From positions 21,365 through 85,364 of the forward strand of contig JBBQFN010000023.1 of assembly GCA_038321985.1 (NCBI GenBank): a stretch of 64,000 nt of DNA. The letters run 5' to 3'. This DNA is from Cyanophyceae cyanobacterium (GTDB lineage Bacteria > Cyanobacteriota > Cyanobacteriia > Cyanobacteriales > Laspinemataceae). A program made the translations under genes and the position numbers. The notes beneath the pieces were generated by a model. The model was given only the letters and a program-made list of their open reading frames with translations, was not told where the DNA came from and did no database searches. Of the stretch, positions 51,901 to 60,302 are shown piece after piece; the stretch's first letter is position 1, and each line of letters opens with the position of its first letter.

Positions 51901-54900
51901 TTACCATTCAAGCTATAGCAAAAGGGGTTTCAGACTCTACCACAATTAACGTAATTCCAACCGCCCGACTAACATCGCTGGTGATTTTACGATATCCGGT
52001 TGGTGATATCACACCCGATGATCGGCCATGCTTTACAGTTGAGGGTTTAGATCAGCGCGGGAATAAAATAGCAACAGGACCGATAAGCTGGAGTGTATCC
52101 AGTGGCAGGATGGACGATAATCGGTTGATCCCCGACCCCAATGCTAAGGGAAAAATTACTGTAACTGCCACTGACACCCAAACAAATATTCAGGGATGGG
52201 TTGATGTAATCGTGCGTTCCGTCTTGAGACGCCTTGAAATTCACCCTCAGCACTGTACCCTAGAACCTAACCAAAGCCAGGACTTCGAGATTAAGGGCTT
52301 CGATCAAGCCAATGAATCGATAGAGATAGATTGGACCAAAATTATCTGGCAGAAAAATGGTGGCAGGATAGAGGGACAGAAGACGTTCATCGCAGGTCAC
52401 GATGAAAAAGGGTCTTTTTACGTCACGGCCACAGTAGAACAATATAGTGCCACTGCTCATATCACTATCAGTCAAGTATTGAGACGATTAACTATTTGGC
52501 CTGAGCAGGTCCGACTTGAACCTTACGAATCTTGTACATTCCAAGTCACAGGATTAGACCAGCATCAGCAGGAAATAATCGATTTACCAGAGGTGCAGTG
52601 GCAAGCAACGGACGGAACTCTGGAAAAGCAAGGCCATAATGAATGTAAATTTACCGCAGGCGAAAATGGCGGAGAGGTTAGAGTCACAGCAACCGCAGGG
52701 AATTACAATGCTGTAAAAATCGTCAGAATTGGCAAACTTCAAACATTAAATTTAGCAGCTTCCCCGACCACTGTAGAGTTTGGCAATCCCGTAAATTTGA
52801 CAGTTATAGCCTTCGATAACTTCGGCAAGTCAAGAGAACTGAGACAAATCGATTGGACCGTTGAAGGTCAGGGTACGATTGATGAGCCTAATCGAATCTT
52901 TTACGCGGGTCACGTCGAAGAAGAAGTTACCATTACCGCTAAATTCCAAGGGGTTTCAGACTTTATCACAATTAACGTCATTGAACCACCCCGACTAACA
53001 AAGCTAGTGATTTCATCATCTTCAGGTTATCAGATTACACCCGATGACCGTCCATGCTTTACAGTTCAGGGTTTAGATCAGCGTGGTCAAGAAATTCAGA
53101 TAGGACCTCTTGAATGGAGTTGGACCGGCTGTAGGATGGAAGGGAATATGTTTATCCCTGACTCCAATGCTAAGGGTACATATACAGTCAGAGTAACTGA
53201 AACCCAAGCCAATCTCACCGAAAAGGTCGAAGTGAATGTGGTTTCTGTCTTGAAAAGAATGGAAATTCATCCGCAACATTCAATTTCTCTCGAACCTCAA
53301 GAAGAAAAAGCATTTACAGTTAAGGGATTTGACCAGACTGGATCGCCAATTGAACTTAAAAGTATCAAATGGGAATGTAGCCGAGGTGGAACAATTGACC
53401 GAAACGGTGTTTTCATTGGAAATTATAATAAAAAACGAGAAGTAGAGGTTCAGGCAACGGGAACCTGTGGAAGAAGAACCTTGACAAAATCGGTGCAAGT
53501 AACCTTGCTTCCCGTGTTAAAAACTTTAAAAATACAAGTTCAATCACCGATAAAACTGAAACCCGAGGAAAGTTATCCCTTTACGGTGATAGGCTTTGAC
53601 CAGTATGGCGATGAGATAGAGACGGAAAAAATAGACTGGGATTCGACAGGTGGCGAGATTGACGAGAATGGCCAATTTACGGGTGATCGTGATGCCAAGG
53701 GAAAATTTTTAGTAACTGCTACTGTCACCCGAGAAACCAAATCGCAGCAGCGGTTAAAGATAGCGAGATTGGGTTTATCTCTAATAGTTATATCTTGGTT
53801 GGTCTCTTTAGAGTGGGTGCAAGATTTAGTAAGGGAGGAATTTATAACCCAAGAGAATGACCCGAATCCTGACCCGGAACTACTTATTGCCACTGATATG
53901 ATTCGTTTGGCCCAAGAGAGGTTATTTAAACAAATAGTTCGTTTACTATCTGGGATTTTGAGGGGAGTAGCTCAGATTTGTCTTACTCAGGGAATTGAAA
54001 TCATTAATGATTCAGTCGAAGTGACTGTAATTCCTGTTTTAACAGTCACCGGGTCAGATGAGCAGCTTAACGAGATAGAGATAGAGACTAACCTTCAGTG
54101 GGAATCGTCCCCAGGCGGCAGTATTGAAAATGGTAGTTTCATTGAACGGGACAACCCATGCGATGTGGAAGTTACTGCACTTAACGAAGAAATCTCTCTT
54201 TCTAGTAAGGTTACTATTGAGGATGATGGCTATTCTTCCTGGGACCGGATCGCGGAATATCTGTACCCAAGGGGCCGGCAGGAGGAAATTCGCCAATTGC
54301 TGTTGGACTTTCGCTGGTTGCAAGCGAAACTGGATGCGACAAACGTCAAGGCATTGCTGTCTGACTTTCAGTGGATCAGGGGAGACGAGAGCAGGGAAGC
54401 CCTCAAATTGGTTGAAGGTGCGATTCGCAACTCCTTGCATATCTTAGAAGAAGATAAGACGCAACTGGCAGGGCAACTTTTGGGGCGGTTGCTGTGGTAT
54501 GTGGCTAAACCCCTGTCAAGGTCTCCCGATGTTGAGGCAGAAAGTTCTGATATTGGACAACAGTTAGCCCAAGATTCCCAGGGCGAGGGAAAAACAACTA
54601 TCCCCGAACTCGAACAACTGCTCACCGAGGCAAAAAATTACCAAGGAAAACCCTGGTTTCGCCCGGTAATTCCATGTCTGACTCCAGCAGGCGGGCTATT
54701 ATTGCGGAGCCTCACCGGGCATAGTGACTGGGTATATGGAGTCGCCATTACCCCCGACGGCAAACAAGCGGTTTCTGCATCTAGGGATAAGACACTGAAA
54801 CTGTGGGATTTGGCAAGGGGAGAGGAAGTGGCCACCCTCACCGGCCACAGTCACTCGGTATATGCAGTCGCTATCACCCCGGACGGCAAACAAGTGGTTT

Positions 54901-56336
54901 CTGCATCCGGGGATAAGACCCTGAAACTTTGGGATTTGGCAACGCAAAAGGAATTGGCCACCCTTACCGGGCATAGTGACTGGGTATATGCAGTCGCCAT
55001 CACCCCGGACAGCAAACAAGCAGTTTCTGCATCCTGGGATAACACTCTGAAACTTTGGGACTTGGCAAAGGGAGAGGAAGTAGCAACCCTCAGCGGGCAT
55101 AATGACTGGGTAAATGCAGTCGCCATTACCCCCGACGGCAAACAAGCGGTTTCTGCATCCTGGGATAACACCCTGAAACTGTGGGATTTGGCAACGCAAA
55201 AGGAAGTGGCCACCCTCACCGGGCATAATGACTCGGTAAAAGCAGTCGCCATCACCCCGGACGGTAAACAAGCAATTTCCGCATCCTGGGATAACACCCT
55301 GAAACTGTGGGATTTGGCAACACAAAAGGAAGTGGCCACCCTCACTGGGCATAGACACTGGGTAAATGGGGTCGCTATCACCCCGGACGGCAAACAAGCG
55401 GTTTCCGCATCCTGGCATAACACATTGAAACTGTGGGATTTGGCAAGGGGAGAGGAATTGAGCACCCTAACCGGGCATAATCACTCGGTAAATGCAGTCG
55501 CCATTACCCCGAACGGCAAACAAGCGGTTTCCGCATCAGATGATAACACCCTGAAACTGTGGGATTTGGAAACCGCGTCCTCTGCGGCCAACCTTCCCAG
55601 ACATAGTTCCTGGGTAAGCGCAGTCGCGATCACCCCAGACGGCAAACAAGCAGTTTCCGCATCCTCAAAGGATGAGACCCTAAATCTATGGGATTTAGAA
55701 ACCGGATCCTCGGTGGTCACTCTCTCTGGGGATCGTTCTTTGGTAACCACAGTCGCCATCACTCCCGACGGCAAACAAGCGGTTTCCGCATCCAGAGATG
55801 GAACTCTGCACCTATGGGATTTGGAAACCAGGTCCTCGGTGGTCACCCTCACCGGAGATCGTTCCTGGGTAACCGCAGTCGCCATCACTCCCGATGGCAA
55901 ACAAGCGGTTTCCGCATCCAGAGATGGAACTCTGCACCTATGGGATTTGGAAACCATGTCCTCGCTGGTAACTCTCTACAGGTATCATTTTTGGGTAACC
56001 GCAGTCGCCATCACTCCCGACGGCAAACAAGTATTTTCCGCATTCTGGGATGGAACCCTGAACCTTTGGGATTTGGAAACCAGGTCCTTGGTGGTCACCC
56101 TCACCGGAGATCGTTCCTGGGTAACCGCAGTCGCCATCACTCCCGACGGCAAACAAACGGTTTCCGTATCTAGGGATGGAACCCTAAAACTGTGGGATTT
56201 GGCAACGAGAAAGGTTGTAGCGAGTTTTAGTTGTGAGAGGAAGTTACTTTCCTGTGCCGTTGCACCGGACGGGGTGACAGTAGTGGCGAGTGAAGAGTCG
56301 GGACAGGTACTTTTTTTGCGGTTGGAGGGGGTGTGA
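48990..56336 (+). CDS. Giant multidomain protein: WD40 / Ig-like repeats / APAF1-helical-like / WD40
   Basis: Uninterrupted 2448-aa ORF; N-terminal GH..WD repeats; many VxGxDQxG..W..G.I..F.A Ig-like units; LLLDFRWLQAKL segment; 12 near-identical C-terminal WD40 repeats plus a terminal blade. Confidence 0.88.
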   Translation: MTHPSNPDDLERQKSLENIKKSLGSAQVEERVAGLIQSLQFGTDGLDLFIQQALQDESEQVKQAAYWVLHGHQPYLAYPDEQHPTEFAFPTDTISSLASRCGNLSRKILAGGSWKIIRIWDLKTGDKLRTLDGHSDWVLSVAFSPNGKILASSSADRTLKLWNTTTGELLHTLQGHSSWVNAVAITPDGKTLVSASADRTIKLWNTTTGELIRTLEGHSGSVMSLAISPDGKIIASGSADQTIKLWYMNGSEAIATWKGHSDWVQAVAIAPNGKTFVSGSRDGEIRIWTTDETPQKVNSGIAEIVSSMNLSESGIHPILLVFGLTFLSTSGLSRLVVLLVKAINSEKNLKSKFAKFKCSEVIKKRQTLNIHGLVVSGNQPEVVWSGKNDFIQGWNFDLQKLTTDSDDFVGVLGIVLNPKRLVTGGNDWVKLWDLTTGQQLHQFEGRSRPQLKRWEIVGSSQIAIACGTQYHFNVKGTDQHGQDFPVSQVTWTATGGTIDDNGNFNAGQDSGEFKVKATVGNESKEISVILRKLTTLQVITCRKQVQFGEQIILKVAGLDQDANSMLMGELEPNAQSMPIGEIKWDIQGDIRIDPVGVFYAGNVDKKVYITVNAYAGHVEEEVSITAIVNGVSGSTSVRVIESARLNSLNISPTFVEITPGEQPKIQVEGLDQRGNKIATGPINWTASSGSIEGNRFICDPNAKGKITLTATATQTNISQSVDVIVRSVLRRLEIHPQQCTLEPNQSQDFEIKGFDQANESIEIDWTKIIWQKNGGRIERPKKFIAGHDEKGSFYVTATVEQYTAVGVEQYSATAHVTVSQVLRRLTIWPEQVRLEPYESCTFTVTGFDQQRKKIITLSEVQWQVTDGMIEKQGHNECKFTAGDNDGEVIITAIGRDCRVDACIFVKKIDKLILRASATDVEFGNPVKLTVRGLDNSGNPIEPRKIDWQIQGQGTIDEPNRIFYAGHVEEQVTIQAIAKGVSDSTTINVIPTARLTSLVILRYPVGDITPDDRPCFTVEGLDQRGNKIATGPISWSVSSGRMDDNRLIPDPNAKGKITVTATDTQTNIQGWVDVIVRSVLRRLEIHPQHCTLEPNQSQDFEIKGFDQANESIEIDWTKIIWQKNGGRIEGQKTFIAGHDEKGSFYVTATVEQYSATAHITISQVLRRLTIWPEQVRLEPYESCTFQVTGLDQHQQEIIDLPEVQWQATDGTLEKQGHNECKFTAGENGGEVRVTATAGNYNAVKIVRIGKLQTLNLAASPTTVEFGNPVNLTVIAFDNFGKSRELRQIDWTVEGQGTIDEPNRIFYAGHVEEEVTITAKFQGVSDFITINVIEPPRLTKLVISSSSGYQITPDDRPCFTVQGLDQRGQEIQIGPLEWSWTGCRMEGNMFIPDSNAKGTYTVRVTETQANLTEKVEVNVVSVLKRMEIHPQHSISLEPQEEKAFTVKGFDQTGSPIELKSIKWECSRGGTIDRNGVFIGNYNKKREVEVQATGTCGRRTLTKSVQVTLLPVLKTLKIQVQSPIKLKPEESYPFTVIGFDQYGDEIETEKIDWDSTGGEIDENGQFTGDRDAKGKFLVTATVTRETKSQQRLKIARLGLSLIVISWLVSLEWVQDLVREEFITQENDPNPDPELLIATDMIRLAQERLFKQIVRLLSGILRGVAQICLTQGIEIINDSVEVTVIPVLTVTGSDEQLNEIEIETNLQWESSPGGSIENGSFIERDNPCDVEVTALNEEISLSSKVTIEDDGYSSWDRIAEYLYPRGRQEEIRQLLLDFRWLQAKLDATNVKALLSDFQWIRGDESREALKLVEGAIRNSLHILEEDKTQLAGQLLGRLLWYVAKPLSRSPDVEAESSDIGQQLAQDSQGEGKTTIPELEQLLTEAKNYQGKPWFRPVIPCLTPAGGLLLRSLTGHSDWVYGVAITPDGKQAVSASRDKTLKLWDLARGEEVATLTGHSHSVYAVAITPDGKQVVSASGDKTLKLWDLATQKELATLTGHSDWVYAVAITPDSKQAVSASWDNTLKLWDLAKGEEVATLSGHNDWVNAVAITPDGKQAVSASWDNTLKLWDLATQKEVATLTGHNDSVKAVAITPDGKQAISASWDNTLKLWDLATQKEVATLTGHRHWVNGVAITPDGKQAVSASWHNTLKLWDLARGEELSTLTGHNHSVNAVAITPNGKQAVSASDDNTLKLWDLETASSAANLPRHSSWVSAVAITPDGKQAVSASSKDETLNLWDLETGSSVVTLSGDRSLVTTVAITPDGKQAVSASRDGTLHLWDLETRSSVVTLTGDRSWVTAVAITPDGKQAVSASRDGTLHLWDLETMSSLVTLYRYHFWVTAVAITPDGKQVFSAFWDGTLNLWDLETRSLVVTLTGDRSWVTAVAITPDGKQTVSVSRDGTLKLWDLATRKVVASFSCERKLLSCAVAPDGVTVVASEESGQVLFLRLEGV
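50988..53085 (+). repeat. Intragenic ~1026-1050 bp tandem super-repeat (about four Ig-like domains per unit)
   Basis: GGGTTTAGATCAGCG recurs near 50993, 52043 and 53069, with long near-identical stretches between copies. Confidence 0.9.
54711..56225 (+). repeat. 126-bp WD40-coding tandem repeat array (12 units)
   Basis: Near-identical GTCGCCATCACCCCGGACGGCAAACAAGCGGTTTC cores at ~126-bp period. Confidence 0.95.
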
Positions 56337-56554
56337 GAAACGGGGTAATCATGCACCCTCACTCACGATTTAATATCCTCAATCTTGGTCCATTAAAGTT
56401 TTCCAGTCACTCACGCTCCTGATAAAAATCAGATTACCCTGAACATTTCAGTTTTTGGAGTGCCTTGGCAGAAGCATTGCATCAGGATTTGGGTCTCCGC
56501 TAACGGCGAGGACCCGCGCACTTGTGAATAACTTATTCTTGCCCTTGGATTCCA

Positions 56555-57355
56555 TTAAATTGGGGATTTTCCTTCAAAATTAGGGATATTTTGCTGAACT
56601 GTTTCTAACGGTAAGTCTAAAATATTGGCAATTTCCTCCAGACTAATCCCTTTCTGAATCATTTTCGGAATCGCTTCAATCTTGCCTTCAATCTTGCCTT
56701 CGCTAAAGGCTTCTTGATAGACTTTGGTTTGCCTTAATTCACTTAATCCCAGCATAGCTTCAATTTCCTCCCGGCTTTTTTGCGGTAACTTGTAGACAAT
56801 AATAGTTTCTATTAACTCGATAAACTGCCGTCGCACCTCTTCCGAGGTGATTTGAGATTGAGAGCGAGCAATTAATTGTTTCGCTCTTTCTGTTGCTGCA
56901 CTTTCGGTATCTTGAATCACCAGTTGCAACACCTGAATTTCCAATGACTCAGTTGAGTCGTTCAACTCATCCAGATAAATCCGCGATACGCGACTGAGTT
57001 CTAACATTTCCGCAAACTGTAACTCTTGTTCGCGTTCGATGCGGCGGTTGGGATAAATGATGACTACCCGCCAAGGATGGGGCGGTTGATTTTGTTTTAA
57101 ATACAGAAACAGTTCCCCAAAGACCCGATAATATAAACTATCGTCGGGTTGAAACTGCACTTCTACCAGATAAAAGGGTTGGGTAGACTCTTCCTGTTTG
57201 GGCAGAAAAACTCCATCAATCCGAAACGCCACTTGTTTGAGTTCAACTGAGGTAAACTGATAAGCGGCTGCATCACTGGCAGTGCGATTGATGAGCTCAA
57301 AAAAACTCGCGGGAAATTGCTGAAATATTTGGTAAAATAGGCTATCTGTTTTCAT
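56555..57355 (-). CDS. Rpn family recombination-promoting nuclease / DUF2887 protein
   Basis: MKTDSLFYQIF, SVELKQVAFRIDGVF, EVQFQ, ETIIVYKLP, TKVYQEA..EGKIEGKIE. Confidence 0.9.
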   Translation of the reverse strand: MKTDSLFYQIFQQFPASFFELINRTASDAAAYQFTSVELKQVAFRIDGVFLPKQEESTQPFYLVEVQFQPDDSLYYRVFGELFLYLKQNQPPHPWRVVIIYPNRRIEREQELQFAEMLELSRVSRIYLDELNDSTESLEIQVLQLVIQDTESAATERAKQLIARSQSQITSEEVRRQFIELIETIIVYKLPQKSREEIEAMLGLSELRQTKVYQEAFSEGKIEGKIEAIPKMIQKGISLEEIANILDLPLETVQQNIPNFEGKSPI

Positions 57356-57713
57356 CAGTAGACGGCTTCCCTCCTGCATATCCGCGCCAGATGTTTACTC
57401 ATTCAGCCTGTTTCATCGAGGATGCGATCGCCCTCCCCTCTTCCGGATTTTCCCCGGCTACTCCACCTATAACAATTATAGTGCGATCATAGCTGATATG
57501 ATCGGTTTCTCGCATAAAACCCGTTTCTTCTAAAAAATCAGATTCTTTATCATCCCCAATCTTTACCTGCCCCTTCATCATCTACCTATCTCTACTGAAT
57601 TTTTAAAATTTATTATCCTCTTTTATTTGTGCTTTTATCAAGGTTAGAAACCCGGTTTTTGGTCCTGCTTCTTCAAATTTATAACAATTTCCTAGCTTTT
57701 GAAACGAGTCATT

Positions 57714-58292
57714 TTATTTGAAACCTCTCTTAAACTGGGCGTTAATCTCATCCAAATTGGCTTCTTCGGGGTCAAAAGAGCCACCTACCCATTCGAGCAT
57801 TTCTTCATGGTCCGAATGCTTTTTATCTTGGACTGCGGCGAGGAAGTCTGGATATCCCAAAGGACCGCCAGAGTCCTCTGGGGGACAGGCTCTTTTCGCT
57901 TTTATACAAATCGGATATTTGACATCCAGATCTGGGGGAAGCACTTTCTCGACTAGGATTTGATGGTCCCAGAAATCCCCGAAGTCGTAGACATATGAGA
58001 ATTTAAACTTTTCTCCGGGGATGATTTTGCTCAGTTTGACTCGGGTTTCATCATTCATTTCCATGTCACCAAATCCGAAATCATCATCCATTGGCATTCC
58101 GTATTCTTCCCCTTGAATGTTAAATGAATGGAGATGGTAATCTCCCCAACCCATTGAAACTTGAATCACTTGGTGTAAATCTGCCAGGGTGTAATCGCTA
58201 CTCACTTGCACTCGCCGCCAAATTGGGGGTCGGATATCGCTTAGGGTGACTTTTAGTTGATAGATGGATTGAGGGTTTTTTCGAGTGGGCAT
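57714..58292 (-). CDS. Plasmid pRiA4b ORF-3 family protein
   Basis: YQLKVTL..PPIWRR, MGW..YHLHSF, YVYDFGDFWDH, RACPPEDSGG. Confidence 0.93.
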   Translation of the reverse strand: MPTRKNPQSIYQLKVTLSDIRPPIWRRVQVSSDYTLADLHQVIQVSMGWGDYHLHSFNIQGEEYGMPMDDDFGFGDMEMNDETRVKLSKIIPGEKFKFSYVYDFGDFWDHQILVEKVLPPDLDVKYPICIKAKRACPPEDSGGPLGYPDFLAAVQDKKHSDHEEMLEWVGGSFDPEEANLDEINAQFKRGFK

Positions 58293-58436
58293 TTTAAAGG
58301 GGGGATAAATATTAGGATTTTTAGGTTTAGACTTTAGGTAGTCTGAAAACTGTTAGATTTTCTGAGTATAAATGAATGAAGTCAGTTTAACAAGTTCAGG
58401 GTATTTTATTAGAGTTAGCCCTTTTGTGATTTTTTG

Positions 58437-58700
58437 ATGATGTCTGAACCGACGATCGCCGTTACGGTAAAACTGTTCGCTGCTTATCAAGAAGCCTATG
58501 GCGTTCCTGAGTTAGTTCTGGAATTTCCTCCGGGAACTCCGGTGGTTGCAGTTCGCGATCGCCTGATTGCTGAACACCCGGAACTGGACTGCTGGCGCGA
58601 TATCACCCGCTTTGGGATTAATCTCGATTTTGTTGACCCCCAGACTACCTTACAAGCAGGAGATGAAGTGGTTTTGATTCCGCCTGTGAGTGGAGGGTGA
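58437..58700 (+). CDS. moaD: MoaD-type sulfur carrier protein
   Basis: VKLFAAYQE..GDEVVLIPPVSGG with C-terminal Gly-Gly. Confidence 0.85.
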   Translation: MMSEPTIAVTVKLFAAYQEAYGVPELVLEFPPGTPVVAVRDRLIAEHPELDCWRDITRFGINLDFVDPQTTLQAGDEVVLIPPVSGG

Positions 58701-58739
58701 TGAGAGATGAAAAATTCATCTCTCATCACCCTCCTGATA

Positions 58740-58795
58740 AATCCCGACAAAAAAGGTCGGGATTGGTTGACGAGTATTTTTCTCTGTGTTACTAT
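58740..58795 (+). promoter_or_regulatory. 9-7-9 palindrome abutting a sigma70-type promoter
   Basis: AATCCCGAC-N7-GTCGGGATT (58740-58764); TTGACG (58767) -17 nt- TACTAT (58790), with TG at the extended -10 position. Confidence 0.65.
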
Positions 58796-58861
58796 CTTCC
58801 CAACAGATGAGGGAAGGTGACTTCCAAGCCCCTATTTTTAGCGAGTCCAGAGGTTTGAACC

Positions 58862-60181
58862 ATGATCCAGGCGACAGAATTGCACACCCACAGTCATGAC
58901 ACCCCACCGAATGGGGCCACGTTTGACAAACTGAAATGCAAAGAATGTGGTGCGGAGTACGAAACGAAGGCGATCCATGTCTGTGAATTGTGTTTTGGAC
59001 CTCTGGAAGTTAAATATAATTATGATGAAATTCGTCGGCAGGTGACTCGCGAAACGATTCAGGCGGGTCCTAACTCGATTTGGCGTTATCGTCCCTTTTT
59101 GCCGGTGATGACGGATACCCCGATTGATGTAGGAACGGGGATGACTCCTTTGGTGAAGTCGAACCGTTTGGCGCGTCAGTTGGGGATGAAAAATCTTTAT
59201 ATTAAAAATGATGCGGTGAATATGCCGACCCTGAGTTTTAAGGACCGGGTGGTTTCGGTGGCGTTGACTCGGGCGAAAGAACTGGGTTTTACGACGGTTT
59301 CTTGTGCGAGTACCGGGAATTTGGCGAACTCTACCGCTGCGATCGCCGCTTATGCGGGGTTAGATTGTTGTGTGTTTATTCCCTCGGATTTGGAAGCTGG
59401 CAAGGTGTTGGGAACCCTCATCTATAATCCCACTCTGATGTCGGTTAAGGGGAATTATGACCAAGTAAACCGCCTTTGTTCGGAAGTTGCCAATACTCAT
59501 GGTTGGGGGTTTGTTAACATTAACCTGCGTCCTTATTATTCGGAAGGGTCGAAAACTCTGGCTTATGAAGTGGCAGAACAATTGGGTTGGCAGTTGCCCG
59601 ATCGCATTGTTGCACCGTTAGCATCGGGTTCTCTCTTCACCAAGATTTATAAAGGATTTCAAGAGTTTATTCAAGTTGGATTGGTTGATGAGAAAGCGGT
59701 TCGGTTTACCGGAGCTCAAGCGGAGGGTTGTTCACCGATCGCCGCTGCATTCCGGGAAGAACGGGATTTTATTAAGCCGGTTAAACCGAATACGGTGGCG
59801 AAATCGATTGCGATCGGGAATCCGGCGGATGGTATTTATGCGTTAGAAGTTGCTCATAAAACGAACGGTAATATTGAATCTGTCAGTGATGCCGAAATTA
59901 TTGAAGGGATGAAGTTACTGGCTGAAACGGAAGGAATATTCACCGAAACTGCTGGCGGGACTACGATTGCTGTTTTGAAGAAATCCTTGGAAGAGGGTAA
60001 GATTGACCCGGATGAAACGACGGTGGTTTATATTACGGGGAATGGATTAAAAACCCAGGAAGCTGTTCACGGTTATATCGGTGAACCCTTGACCATTGAA
60101 CCGAAATTAGAGAGCTTTGAGCGGGCATTAGAACGTTCTCGCACTCTCGATCGCTTGGAATGGCAGCAGGTTTTAGTTTAA
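58862..60181 (+). CDS. thrC: Threonine synthase-family PLP enzyme with N-terminal Cys4 ribbon
   Basis: CKECG..CELC, PTLSFKDR (PLP Lys), CASTGN, EGSKT, IAIGNP, ITGNGLK; true reaction uncertain (see findings). Confidence 0.85.
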   Translation: MIQATELHTHSHDTPPNGATFDKLKCKECGAEYETKAIHVCELCFGPLEVKYNYDEIRRQVTRETIQAGPNSIWRYRPFLPVMTDTPIDVGTGMTPLVKSNRLARQLGMKNLYIKNDAVNMPTLSFKDRVVSVALTRAKELGFTTVSCASTGNLANSTAAIAAYAGLDCCVFIPSDLEAGKVLGTLIYNPTLMSVKGNYDQVNRLCSEVANTHGWGFVNINLRPYYSEGSKTLAYEVAEQLGWQLPDRIVAPLASGSLFTKIYKGFQEFIQVGLVDEKAVRFTGAQAEGCSPIAAAFREERDFIKPVKPNTVAKSIAIGNPADGIYALEVAHKTNGNIESVSDAEIIEGMKLLAETEGIFTETAGGTTIAVLKKSLEEGKIDPDETTVVYITGNGLKTQEAVHGYIGEPLTIEPKLESFERALERSRTLDRLEWQQVLV

Positions 60182-60206
60182 TATGGGTTTTATTGAGAAC
60201 TTAAGA

Positions 60207-60252
60207 AACGACTAAAGTCGTTACTACGAACTTAGAGAACGACTAAAGTCGT
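60207..60252. repeat. Inverted-orientation copies of the REP-like unit seen at 42127
   Basis: AACGACTAAAGTCGTTACTACGAAC then AACGACTAAAGTCGT. Confidence 0.85.
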
Positions 60253-60302
60253 GAGGTTGAACAGTTTCTCCCCTCTTCCCTATCCTAATTTATTTACGAA
60301 CC

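Noticed and set aside
54711..56225. Diversity-generating retroelement target
   Set aside because: No reverse transcriptase or separate template repeat in the window; differences are not confined to adenines
54638..56362. Long antisense and alternative-frame ORFs over the WD40 array
   Set aside because: Shadow frames of a stop-poor repeat unit
56555..57355. Active transposon
   Set aside because: Rpn/DUF2887 gene with no terminal repeats or target duplication seen
58796..58861. SAM or other riboswitch before the thrC-like gene
   Set aside because: Leader is ~60 nt with no recognisable aptamer consensus
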